Shown in pieces: positions 49,301-62,070 of a stretch of 64,000 bases of DNA. The notes beneath the pieces are model-generated. The model made no database searches. It saw nothing but the letters and a program-made list of their open reading frames with translations, and had not been told where the DNA came from. A program made the position numbers and the translations under genes. This DNA comes from Blepharisma stoltei ATCC 30299. Lineage: Eukaryota > Protista > Ciliophora. The first letter of the stretch is position 1; every line of letters begins with the position of its first letter. The stretch is from positions 620,395-684,394 of the forward strand of contig CBFDEM010000028.1 of assembly GCA_965603825.1 (NCBI GenBank), given 5' to 3'.

Positions 49301-52300
49301 GAGACATAATCTGTAGGCTCAAAATATCATCCACGATTATTTATATAGTCAGCTCCTACAGCAGTATATGCAGATGGAAGAGTAGCAAGAGAATAGAAAT
49401 CGAGACTGATTGAAAATACAGAGTCTTGATCGCAGCTGTTTGTTACAGAATTAGACAGAGTTCCAGCTGGGCATGACTTATAGCAAATCATTTGGTATAA
49501 AAAATAGCCTGGCTGGCAAGATGTGCAGTCAGAATAGGAAGTTGATAAACAGCCAGCACACCCTCTAGCACACCCTGAGGTACATGAAAATCCATCTGGG
49601 GAGGAAAACCCTGCAAGGCAAGCACATGGCGTTCCTGAAGCATTTTCTACGCATTCCGAGCATTGATCTCCAAATCCAGTGCAAAATTTACATAATGGAT
49701 CCTTACAAATATTGCAGCTTTTGCCTCTTACGCAGCCATTATAGCAATTATTGCAGGTCACATAGTTTCCTCCTTCATTATACATAAATATATCGCATTC
49801 CCACAGGCAAGAAGTGTCGAGTACTGCACTGCAAGGCTTAGATAATTGTGCTGAAAAATCAGTCGCCAGCTGATTTCATAATGTAAATGAATAAATAAAC
49901 CCTACAAAGGAGCTTGTCTGGCTCCCTAGGAATAAAGACTCAGAGTTGGCATCTCTGAACAAGGCATATTGAGTTGTAAGTGTAGTTGATAAGGTACTAC
50001 CAAGATAAAACTTCATAACTACAGAGTCTGATGTATAGGCCATTGAAATAGCGATGTAAGTTCAGCCAGTGTAAGGTATAGGAGTTGTCGAAATGCTAGA
50101 GTTTCCTTTGAATGTGGTTAATGATACTGATGCAACTAAACTAGAGCTCAAAGTAAAGACACTCCCTTTTGAAACTATAATTCCGTTGAAGATCGTATAT
50201 GTTCAGAGCCCTATTGTAAGCCAAGCGTTAAGATAAATGGGGGTAGCCGAGCACAAATACTTCCCGTTAGAAAAATAAAGGCCTCGCTGATAAGCTGGAA
50301 TGGGATCGAAATTTTCTGGGTTATTGAAAAAATAATAATTCGTATCTGACTGCGCAGTTTTAAAAATCCCATAGCTCCCAAGGAAATCTCCGTTAAACAA
50401 TTGGTCAATGACTGGAGATGCATTACTGGCACAAACAGAATTGCTAAAAAGTCCATAGGGGCATTCATTCAAGCAAACTTGATCTAGATAGACTCCACTT
50501 CCTGTGCAAGAGCTGCAAGTGAAATAATTATAATTAAGACAGCTTGTACATAAGCTATCACATCTTCCGCAAGGATATAAATTTGGATCACATGTACATG
50601 TTCTAGAGCTAGAGTCATAAACGTAATTTTGCAGACAGGCGCACGTCGTGCCTGCTCCTATTGCTCCAGTCACACAGCTCGTACACTCACTAATCTGAAA
50701 TCCAGTTTCAGCTGCACATAAAGGATCAAGACTCATGATGCAATCTCCATTTCGCACACAGCCAAATTGACATGAAGAATCACAATCAGCACAGCTAGAT
50801 GTAGCACTATTATAATATTGCAAATAAGAGCAACTGCGCAAACATTCATTTCCAGAATCGGCGCATGCAGAACACATGCAACCACTTGTAATGCTCTGAA
50901 TGCTAATCACATAGTTATATAAGGCCATTTCAAAAATAAAGCCAGTATAAAAAATTCCTTCAGCTTTGCTTGCTCCTAGAAGAAAATTATCGCCAGAAAT
51001 ATCCATAAAATAGGAATTTTGAACTTGAGCAAAACTCTCATAAGTATCGAGGACTCCATTAACATATATTGAAATTTGATTACAATGAGGTGTTCATGAT
51101 AATAGGATAACAATATTATATCACCCATTATTAGTGATAGAACTTGCTTTGAGGTGGATATTATTAGACGCCATTGTGGTGTCATCATAGACTGCATAAT
51201 TTACGTAGGGATTGCTATTTGAGTCAATCATGAAGTAGCTATGAATTTGTGAAGCGTTTTCTTTTGAATAAATAATACCACTAGTGCTCGAAGATGTAGG
51301 TCTGATCCAGAATAGTAAACTATGATTATTTCCCAAAACAACTTCTTTAGAGTCTACAGAATTTGGAGGCAGCGAAACGTATGAACTCCCAGAAAAATAG
51401 AGTCCAGATTGATATATAGGCCATGGATCATTAGGCCCTAGATAAGTATCTGTTGAGCCCATATAGGCCAAAAATCCGGAAACTTTGTCTGCAATAGTAT
51501 TTGTTAACTTAGTGAACACATAATGAAGAACTATAGAGTTAGGAGATACTGCTGTGCATGGGCTGCCAGATACTTGTGTATATCCTAAAGGACAAGTAGA
51601 TAGGCAAAGATTTTCAGGTGTCAAATAATAGTTAGAGTTGCAGCCAGAGCAGTCCCCATTATGTGAAGAAGTGCACACACTGCAGAAAGAAAAGCATGCT
51701 GTGCACTGATTTGCTGATGAGTCATAATAAAAGCCTGATGCGCATTGGCATGGGAACTGAGATGGTTTTGTGTTTGCCTTGCAAGTTTTGCAGCCAGTCC
51801 AGTCTTCACAAATATCACACAAATTATCGTCGCATAGGTTACAAAAGCCGTCACTTCTAACGCATCCAGTCGATTTGCAAGAATCTGAGCAAGCTTTCCA
51901 TGAAGATGACGAGAGGTCATAATAGCTGGAAATTGGTTGGTTCGGGAGACAAGAAGAGGAGGCCAATGGGCAAAAAGAACAGCCGGAATCGCATGTATAA
52001 GAGAGATCATACAGAGTGGGGTTTACCACAGTGTTTCATATTTTCATACTATAGATGAATCCTGTATAAAAATTCATTCATTCATCGGAATTTTTGTGAG
52101 TTGCTCCAATTAAAATAGTGTAGTCGCTGATCAAGTCTACAAACGGGTGCTTTAGAACAAATGGAGTATCAAAGTTGCTATTAACATACCAAGTTAATTG
52201 GTTATAGGGAAATTTATATCTGAGTGAAAATCCTATATAGTACCATCCAGAAGTATTAATAGGGGCACTAGAACTGTAGGAATAAAGGGAATTTAAAATT

Positions 52301-55300
52301 GGGTCATGAAAGCTAAAGAATGCTTGAAGGGAAGATATCTCGATTGATAGATATATTGAATAAGGGTAGCCATCACTCTGCTTAGTAAAGATGACCCCAT
52401 CCCCTCCCTGAGGTCATATTCACGCCGAGTATGAAAAGTCTGTTGCAAAATTAAGAGAATAAGTGTTGTCGTATGAGTGTGGTGGCAGCTGCATAAGCGA
52501 ATGTCCGTTAAAATAATACCCTCTCTTATATGCTGGAATTGGATCATAAGGATCGTAATTTGGATAGTAATCACTAGAAATGCCAGCCAAGACTTTAATA
52601 TTGCTATCAGATGAATCTACCACAGTTCCTTTAATTTGATTAAAAGCCAATGAAAGTACGAGTCCTTGACTAGCTTGCAATGTGCAAACTCCAGATAAAT
52701 TATCTGAAGTTCCTGTTGGGCAGGAACTTACACATACATCATTGAATTTTAACGAACTTGAGCAAATGCAAGTGGAGGAAGCTGTGTTGCTGACTCAAGT
52801 GTAAGGACATTGGCATTCCCCATCAAGGAATACATAATTTCCTATGCATGATCCGCAGGTGCTTGTCCCAGTGCAAGTGGCACAACTAGTTATAGTGCAT
52901 AAGATACAGTCATTACTGTTACTGCAGCCATTAGAGCAGCCATTGCAGGAAAGACATCCTGAGTTATAATAATATTGGCTATATGGGCAAATTCCAGGTA
53001 AGCAGTATAGTGATAAAAGACATAATGATGAGCAGCTAGGACAATTTGAGCTGGCAGGCTCATAGTTTGGAGTATAATATAAGCCATCATTATATACATG
53101 GAGCCAGTACATATACCCAGTAAAGCTCGTGTAACCTCGATTATTCCAATCGAATTGAGAGCCAATATATTTGCTACCGCCTTTGTCTTGAAAAATAAAA
53201 TCACTTGCAGGAGTTAGACTATCTTGAGTTAACGAAGTAGAATCCAATTGAATCAGCTGCTTAATAGTGCCATCACTGTTATGAATGGTTGAAATGAACA
53301 AAAAGTGCCATGTGTTTATATCTAATGTTGACAAACTTTGTGCTTGAGATCATACAATAGGTCCTGTGTTGAAAACAAGCTGCTTATTGCTACCGTTATA
53401 GCTTATTCCCCAATCCCTACTCATATAGAATATAGTATCTATACTAGTGTATGCTGTAAAACAAATCCACATTGATATAGTTATATAGCTGCTGAGTTGG
53501 ACACTGGTTGAAATATAGCTTTGAGGAAAGAAGCGCCAGCCTCGGTCACTTATGAAGTAAGGGGTTTTACCTGAAGCGGATGAGTAGCTAGAAGGCAGGC
53601 TTGCTAATGCATAGAAATCAAGGCTTATAGACATAGGGAAATCTTTATCACAAGTTTTTGTCACTGAATTTGAAATGGTTCCTTGTGGACAAGTTGTGTA
53701 GCAAATCATTTGGTATAAGAAATAGTTCTGTGCGCAAGAGGTGCAACTTGTATAGGAAGTTGACAAGCAGCTGGAGCATCCAGTAAAACATTTGAGAGTG
53801 CATGAAAAGCCATCTGGAGAAATATAATTTGCATTGCAAGCGCATGGGGTTCCAGAAGCATTGTCTACACAAGTAGTACACATTTCAGACCCAAATCCTG
53901 TGCAAACAGCGCACAAAGGATCGTCACAAATATTGCATGAATTTTTTGTCGTGCAGCCATTATAGCAATCATGGCAATATTTATAGCCTTGTAAATCTTT
54001 ATATTGGTTGACATCACAACTTCATAAACATGATACATCCCCTACACTGCTTCCACAAGGCTGTGATAGCTGACTTGAAAAATCACTCGTGACTTCATTT
54101 CACAATGCAAAAGAGTAAATGAACCCAACAAAAGAACCAGGAAGACGTGCGCCAACATTTATCAGCGATGATGAAACTCTAAATATTTTATTCTGAGTCA
54201 GTGTAGCAGTGTTTTGCTTCGAGCCATTCTTATATATGGATACAGGAACTGTATCTTGGCTGTATGAGACAGAAAAAGATAAATAATATCATCCGTAATA
54301 ATCTGCAGGAAAAGAAATTGACTCTCCTAGGAGTGTAATACCCATATCTGAATTGATTGACAATGAATCAGTCGTCCATGCAAAAGTGCCATGAAATATG
54401 ACATAGATTCAGAAGCCTATAGAAAATCATGAATTTAAGGTGATACTTTGGGTTGTTACAAGATAGGAGCCTTGATAAAAATAAAGACCTCTATTTTTGA
54501 CTGGATAAGGGTCTTGAGCTTCTGGGCTAATGAAAGGCTGATAGGAAGAACTAGATGTAGCAGTTTGAAATATTCCGTATAAACCTTGAAAGTTACCGTT
54601 AAACAATTGGTCAATCACTGAAGAAGTTGGGCTTATGCAAGGGCTGCTGAATCCATATGGGCAGCTGTCTAAGCACACCCCATCAACAAGAACTTTCCCT
54701 GCAATGCATAAATCGCACAAATAATAATAATTTCCCGTACATTGACTGCAGTAAGAGTCACATGAAATACAGTAAGGCCACGTTGAATCGCATACGCATG
54801 CCAATGTTTGCAAGTCATAATGCATATGCGAAATACAGTTGCATTGTGTTCCAGCGCCACTAGCATTGGTTATACAACTTGTGCATTCACTAATTGCAAA
54901 TCCAGTTGCTGAGACACACAATGGATCCAAATTCATATAGCAATTCCCATTCCTCATACAGCCAGTTGCGCATCCTCCATCGCAGCCTTTGCAACTTCCA
55001 TCATAAAATTCATTGAATGCGCACGGTCTCAAGCAGTCATTTCCACTATTTGCACAATCAGAGCATCCACAATTATTAGAAGGAGCTTGGTAAGTTATTG
55101 CGTAGTTATATATGCTAATTTCATAGATAAAGCCCTTAAAGTAAAGAGAGTGCTGAAAACTGTATCCTACTATGAAATTTGAGCGTGAAAAGTCTATGAA
55201 CATCGAGTTTGTGATGGAATTTATATTGGTAGCTTGGACTTGGTTAATATAAAAAGAAAATCCTGGGGCATAAGAAGTGCGCTGGAAAATCACAATAATG

Positions 55301-58300
55301 TTTTGTCAATAATTTCAGCTTAATTGTGACGAAGCTTCGGAATATATGTAGCCTTTGTATGATGCTGTAATATCATCATACACATAATAAGTAACTTCAA
55401 AGAGGAGCGAGTCATTAATTGATATATAGAAAGAGTCACTTGAAAGCTCTTTGGATATCAAGTATTGAAGATTAGAAGTGGATAAAGGTCTGAATCAAAT
55501 CAACAAGCTATGGGCATTACCTAAAACTGCTTCTTGCTGATCTGCTGAATTCGGAGGGAGCTTCATATAGGCTTGCCCATTAAAATAAAGCCCTGATTGA
55601 TAAATTGGATAAGGATCATTAACATCAAAATTCCCCATATACTGGTCGCTTGACCCCATATAAGCTTTATATCCACCCACTAGATCTGAAACTGTATTCG
55701 TTTCTTTATTAAAAATATAATGGATAGCCAAAGCGCTTGCCCCACTGCAAGGATTCCCTGAATATCCTAGAGGACACGAAGGCAAGCAAAGACCTCCTGG
55801 ATTAAGATAATACCCACTTTTGCACGTCAAGCAGTCTCCATTGTGCTGTCCAGAGCAAGTATCGCATCCCAATGCGCATGCTGAGCATGCATTGTTGAGT
55901 CCATCTAGATAATATCCGCTTGCACATTTACTGCAGCCTGCAAATGTTTGAGCAGTGCATGTCACACAGTTGGAAATGCAAGGGACGCATGAGCATGGAG
56001 TAGTGACTAAGAAAGTGCCTGTTTGACAGTTATTCATGCAACTTATACAGCCAGTTCAATCGTCACATAAGGCACAGAGCTGATTGTCACATAGGTTGCA
56101 GGCTGTATCGTATCTTACACAACCGAGATTATCGCATGAGGATGAACAGGCGCTCCACAATTGTTGTGTAGTATCATAATACATGTTTATTTGAAATGGC
56201 TGGAGGCAATTTGGCGTATATGAGGAAGGGCAAAAGTTACATTCTGAGCAAGTTGAGGAAACTTCAGGGGAAAGGTTTATTATTATGTTTCATATTTTTA
56301 TGCTGTAAATAAACCCAGTTAGCATAGCAAGCAAGGTCTGTTGGGAACTGTACTTTGCTCCTATTAAGATGGTGTAAGAGCTTTCAATGTCAAGGAGAGG
56401 GCCTTTAGCAGGAATAGCCAGATTTGTGAGAAAATTTTCGTAAAAGGTAACTTGGTTATATGGGAAGCTGTAAGATAAAGAAAATCCGACATGGTGCCAA
56501 TTAGTAGTTGTTAAGCTATTTTGCGAGTAAAATTGCTGTGAAGTGCTTGTTTCTGACGAATAAACATTAACAAATAATTTTAATGCTATCAGTTCAAAAG
56601 AAAGGTAAACTGTAAAAGGACTCGCAGAGGCTTGCTTAGCCAGAATCACTCCATTATTAGCCCTTGGTCACATTCACACAGAAACAGTCACATGGCTGCT
56701 AAAGTAGAGAGAATTTGTATTCATCACACTGTTTGGAGGTAACTGCATCAAAGAACCTCCATTAAAGTAGTAGCCCCTGCGATATGATGGGATTGGGTCA
56801 TAGCTTCCATAAGTAGGATAAAAATCTGTAGACGTTCCAGCCAGGACCTGGAAACTGTACACCTTGTCTATGACTATCCCCTTAATCTGATTAAGAGTCA
56901 GCGAAAATATGAGCCCAGCGTTTGCATCCAAAACGCAAGTTTCTGAAGTTGCATCATAGCTGCTACCAGTCGGGCATGAAGAAATGCATAGAGACTGGTA
57001 ACTTATAGTTTGACTGGAACAGCCACAAGTAGATTCTGTGGCGTTTAATACCGAGTAGCTATAAGAGCATCTGCATGTGCTGCCAATAAATTTATAGTCG
57101 CCAGAGCATTTTCCACAAACATTTGAGCCTGTGCACGTCAAGCATCCTGGAATTGAACAAAGATTGCAATCATTTGGATTATAGCAGCCATGCGTACAAG
57201 TAGCAAGGCATAAATAACAAATGGAGTCAGTTGAGTTATAGTATTGCGTAATAAGGCAATCAGATGGCAGGCACATTGACGTAGTGGGGCATGCTGAGCA
57301 TCCACTGGAGCACCCTGATTCATGGAATTCGCTTTCATAAATGTTATTTGAGCCATCGTTATAAACGTGAAAATAATACATAAACCCAGAAAAACCCGTT
57401 TTCCCCTGCTTGCATCAGTCATACTGGCATCCAATATATTTCGTATATGATTTATCCCTATATGTATAATCGCTAGTTGGCGAAAAATTCTGAAGCACAC
57501 TAGTTGAGTCAATCTTTACCAGCTGATCTACAGTGTCTCCATCGTAATGAATAATTGATGTATAAATATAATGTCACTTGTTGGAAATTAATAATGATGA
57601 CAAGCTGTCCAAGTCTGGCCATTTGACGTACCCAGTACTAAAACTTAACCCTTGACTGGTTCCATTTAAGTTCATGCCTCAGTCTCGGCTTATATAGAAA
57701 ATCATCGCAAAATCAGCATTTTGGGAGATGTAAATCCAGGTCGAAATCGTAAAAAAATCAGGGATCTGATAAACTGTTGAAACAAAGTCATTTTTTCCAA
57801 ATTTCCAGCCTCGATCAGTGGCATAGGTAAGTTGAGATGACGAAGAATACCCAGTAGGCAGGCTTGAAAGTTGAAAAAAGTTGAGTATGATAGAAAATGG
57901 AGAATCTTGGTCGCAGGACTTTGTGGATAAATTTGAAATTGTTCCAGTAGGGCAACTGCTATAGCAAATCATTTGGTATAAATAATATCCTGACTGGCAT
58001 GAGGTGCAGCTAGAGTATGAAAGTGAGGTGCAGGTCAAACAGCCAGGATAGCATAATGATGTGCAAGCTCCTGATATAAGGGTAAATCCGGGATTGCAGT
58101 TGCAAGTGGTTCCTGAAGCGTTATCAATGCATGCTGTGCATAATCCAGACCCAAACCCACTGCAATTAGCACATAGAGGATCATTGCAGATGTTGCACGA
58201 GTCCTCTCTGACACAGCCATTATCGCAACTATTACAGTATAAGCAAGAACTGCTGCTTTGGCTATAGTATTGATTAATAGCACATGTAAGTAAACAAGAA

Positions 58301-60702
58301 ACAATTAAGCTAGTCCCACATGGTCTTGAAAGTTGACTAGATAAGTCAGTTATCACAGCGTTTCATAGTGTAAAAGAATAAATAAATCCAGTAAAAATGC
58401 CTGTTGGACTTCCCCCTAAGTATAAAGGCGAAGCGCTATCTCTAAAAATGTAATCATTTACTGATTCTGTCAGCTTTAATTTATCATTTACGTATCCATG
58501 TATTTGGGCAATCCCATTTGAATAGCCAACAGATACAAGCAAATATGTCCATCCTGAGAAAGAATAGCCTCCCACTCGCTTTGTTATCCAATTGCTATTT
58601 GCAGGATCTGCTAAAAACACAGAAAGCCCTCCAGTGGAATTAAATGCTATTAAGCCTTGCTTGCTAAAAATATCTCCATCATAGCTAGCGAACATCCAGA
58701 TTCCTAGAGAAAAGTCAAAATTAATATAAACGTCACTATTTGTCATCAAATATTTTCCATAAGCAAAATACATACCTCGCTGATAAGCAGGGATTGGATC
58801 AGCTGTATCTGGATTATTGAAGAACTGGTAAGTCTGATCCGAAGTTGAAGTCTGAAATATCCCATAAATCCCTTTAAAACTGCCATCAAAAGTTAAATCT
58901 ACTATTGAAGACGAACCGCTGGTGCATGGATTACTAGAAAATCCAGTAGGGCATGCGTTTAAGCATATTCCATCTACAAGCTCCAAGCCACTATTGCAGT
59001 TAGTACAATAAAAAAAATAATCTCCTTTGCAAGTTGCACAATTTACATCGCACAAATTGCAAGCTCCTTCTAGCCACAGTGCATTACTAGTGCAAGTGCA
59101 GACTCCATTATTCATATATGCATTTGCTGTGCAACTTATGCAAGTTCCATCAAATGTGCTGCATTTTGAGCATGCTTTATCAAGACAGAGGTTGCAAGTA
59201 ATAGTGCTGCGGCACCCGTTCACGCACCCAGAGCACGAGATGCAAGAAGTAGAGTTAAAATAAGAGCCAAATGAGCACGTGTCAGGGCACTTTAAATCTG
59301 AAGGACAGTTTGAGCATCCACCAGTGCAGCCAGAAGTGACTCATTCAGAGAATTGGTAATAGCTGTCGCTGAAAAATATGATTTTATAGAGGAAGCCTTC
59401 AAAACTATTTGATAAAGAGGAATAGCCGATTGCCAGTTTTCCAGAATCACTAAAGGGATAAGCAGCGGCTGAAATATCCCAGACTATGAGAGATCCATTT
59501 ATGTATAAAGCCACATATGTGCATCCATTACTAATTACTTTTCCAATAGCAGCAATGTTTTGCCAAGACTTTGTTGATATAGGCCCTCCAGAAATTGTCA
59601 ACTGAGAAGCATCTTTAAGCCTTATTGCAATTATCACATTAGAATTTCCATCAAGTTTCATACTGAAATAACTTGTTGCACTGCTTTGATCATATTTCAG
59701 CGCTATTGAGCCTCCTAACGATTCAGGATTTATTCACAAATTTACCGTAAAATAAGGAGAGATAATTAAGTTGTCATAAGTAATTAGAGAATTAGAGTAA
59801 AAGTAATATCCTCTGTATATAGAAGGGATCGGGTCATTGGTATCTCATTGAGGATAGGGATTCGGCTGGCTTCCAACTGTAGCGAGGCTTATATAGTCAA
59901 TTAATATTTGGTTTTGAAAAGAAAGGTTAAGAGAATATATTGAATCCTGCACACAAAATTGATGGGCCAGGTCAGTTTTGTAGCCTGATGGGCAAGCAGA
60001 TAAGCATAAACTATTTAATAAATAATAGCTACCGCTGCAGGCAATACATTCAAAATAGCCTGAACCGCTGCAAGCTGAGCATTCAGGGCTGCAGGTAACT
60101 AAATGCCTTTGTGAAATGCAATTATCATCTGGCCACATTCATATAGGGCAATTTGGGCTGCATTTTTTGCAATCTTTAAGGCTTATAGAGCTTCTATCGA
60201 AACAATAATCGGCTGAGGGATAATTTCAAGTTTCTCCAAGAGCCAAAAATCCTTTAAAACCTTCTCTAGAACTTTTTATGCTACCAATAAGCCAAATTAA
60301 TAAGTTCTGCCCTTTGTTTAAGTGCTCCAGCAAAAACCCATAAGTAAAGAAAGAATTATCATCTATCATTCAAGTGCAGCTTCTGCTTGTAAGCGCTTTT
60401 TCTTCTCAAAAAATTGTCAAGGCTTCTAAGCCTCTTGTGGAGTCTCTGTATTGAAGCACAATTTCATAATAAATTTTATGTAAATCTGAGCTGATAATCA
60501 TCCTTTCTTTGGTAATTACTAAAGAAAACTCATTAAAAGGGCATTTAGTAGCATCTAATAAATTGCAAAGATTCTGGCTACTGTAATCTCCTTTTTCTAA
60601 AAGGCAGCCAATACAACTTAAAGAATCAGAGCTTCCACATTCTCTATTACACATGCTGAGTATTTTCGGAATTTGAAGAAGTACAAAAAATACTAGCAGC
60701 AT
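43354..60702 (-). CDS. Giant polycystin-1-like receptor B (~5782 aa): SP, 12 LamG-like + furin-like Cys repeats, EGF-like stalk, REJ, GAIN/GPS, ~5 TM
   Basis: More than 20 track ORFs in one frame from ATG 60702 (MLLVFFVLLQIPKILS) to TAA 43354. DSSNSYDPD..FQWSC (REJ); CTFLD..RWQSTGC...CKCNHLSIF (GPS). Collinear paralog of gene A. Confidence 0.88.
47800..59300 (-). repeat. Coding super-repeat of ~4.2-4.3 kb (four LamG-like modules), 2.75 copies in gene B; 1.75 copies in gene A (~34000-41300)
   Basis: Motifs F(D/N)G.F.G.Y, L(D/N)F..L..LP, L.FSL....I.G and HY.F.K....YMGS recur in the same order; first motif near 58880, 54600 and 50395. Confidence 0.8.
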
Positions 60703-61089
60703 ATGATATATAGCTTATTATTATTAAATAAACATAAAATGAAAATACTCTCCCTTTTTGGAATCTGAAATATTAATCAAATCTACTCCAAAGCAATCTT
60801 AAATATTTTACAAAATCCTACTTCTTTTATTATTTGACCTTAAACATTTTTGTCGACAAACTATTAAGGTAAGACTGCAATTATAATAAATATTTAAGAT
60901 CAAGATACTGCATTATAAGACATAGCAAGATATATAGCAATAAGCTTGATTGGTGAAAGATAGTTTAAAAGTTTGGCTTGAGCTGAAAAGCTAATAAGCT
61001 ATAAATATTAATTAAATAATGATATTTTTATTTGCATATTCTTTATAGAAAGAGTTTATCTTTCTAATGAATCTACTTATTATTTAATT

Positions 61090-61950
61090 GTTATTAGTCT
61101 TTTAATAATTGAATCTAGACCTCTTCTTAACTTCTAAGATAGCAGATTCAACGGTATAGCCTTTCCTTTATTATCATAATAAATTGCAGAGTTTAGTTTG
61201 ATTCTAATTGTATCTTTGAATGCTTTAATGCTTCTTCATATTTCTTCTCATGATAGAAGGCATCTCCTATGTCATTGTATGCATCGTTATTATTTGAATC
61301 GATTTTTATAGCTTTTTTATATGATTCCATAGCTTCTTCTCTTCTGCCTAACTCATCTAGAGCATTTCCTTTATTATCATAATAAGTTTGGGTTGATTCT
61401 AATTGCATCGTTGTTATGTTTTAATGTGCTTTCATAGCTCTTTTCAATTTTCATTACAGAAGATAAGTCCTATGCCAATGCATGCATCATCATTATTTGG
61501 ATCAATTCTGATAGCTTCTTTTACGCTAGCTGTAAATTCTCCCTTCCTTCTCAAAGTTCATCTGAATTTTGCTAATTAAAAATGCATTTCATGTTGGAAT
61601 GACTTTAGATTTTCTTCGTAAAATCTCTTGATAACTGCAATAATTTGTTTTCCTATTTCACAAAATAACTCGATATATTATTTGATATTACCGTAAAAAT
61701 CGCTTTAGATCTTTCAATAGCCTCATTTGCTTGTAAGGCTAACAAATTCAAAGCTGCTCTATCTCTATTCTCTATAGTTTTTGCACTTGCCAGATTTTTG
61801 GACATAGCTCCCAATTCTTTTAAAACTTTCAAAAATGTTTTCGATTACAAAGAGTTTGAGTAATGATTAATTTTTAAAAGACTTTAGCTATTATTATGCA
61901 CTGCCTATCTAAAATCTTCCAACGAAACTATTTAATTTGAAACCAATAAG
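61090..61950 (-). pseudogene. Degenerate subtelomeric TPR-repeat gene; boundaries approximate
   Basis: YYDNKGNALDELGRREEAMESYKKAIKIDSNNNDAYNDIGDAF is a clear TPR. Flanking copies of the same unit (DAIRINPN, IYYDNKG) lie in other frames with TAA stops. Confidence 0.7.
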
Positions 61951-62070
61951 ATCCAATAAGTTTTTAATGTATTTATAACTTTTGCACATTTGCAGTAAAA
62001 TCTCAAAGAGTTAAGATAGAGAGCGGAACCCATTTTTACGACACTCATATTTAAACAAAGCAAAACAAAA

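Noticed and set aside
29324-60702. Many separate Cys-rich genes or pseudogene fragments, as the ORF track suggests
   Set aside because: Fragments share a frame and are split by TGA, which aligns with TGG in the paralog.
1-60702. Selenocysteine or Cys decoding of in-frame TGA
   Set aside because: TGA aligns to Trp positions; no SECIS seen and 3' UTRs are tiny.
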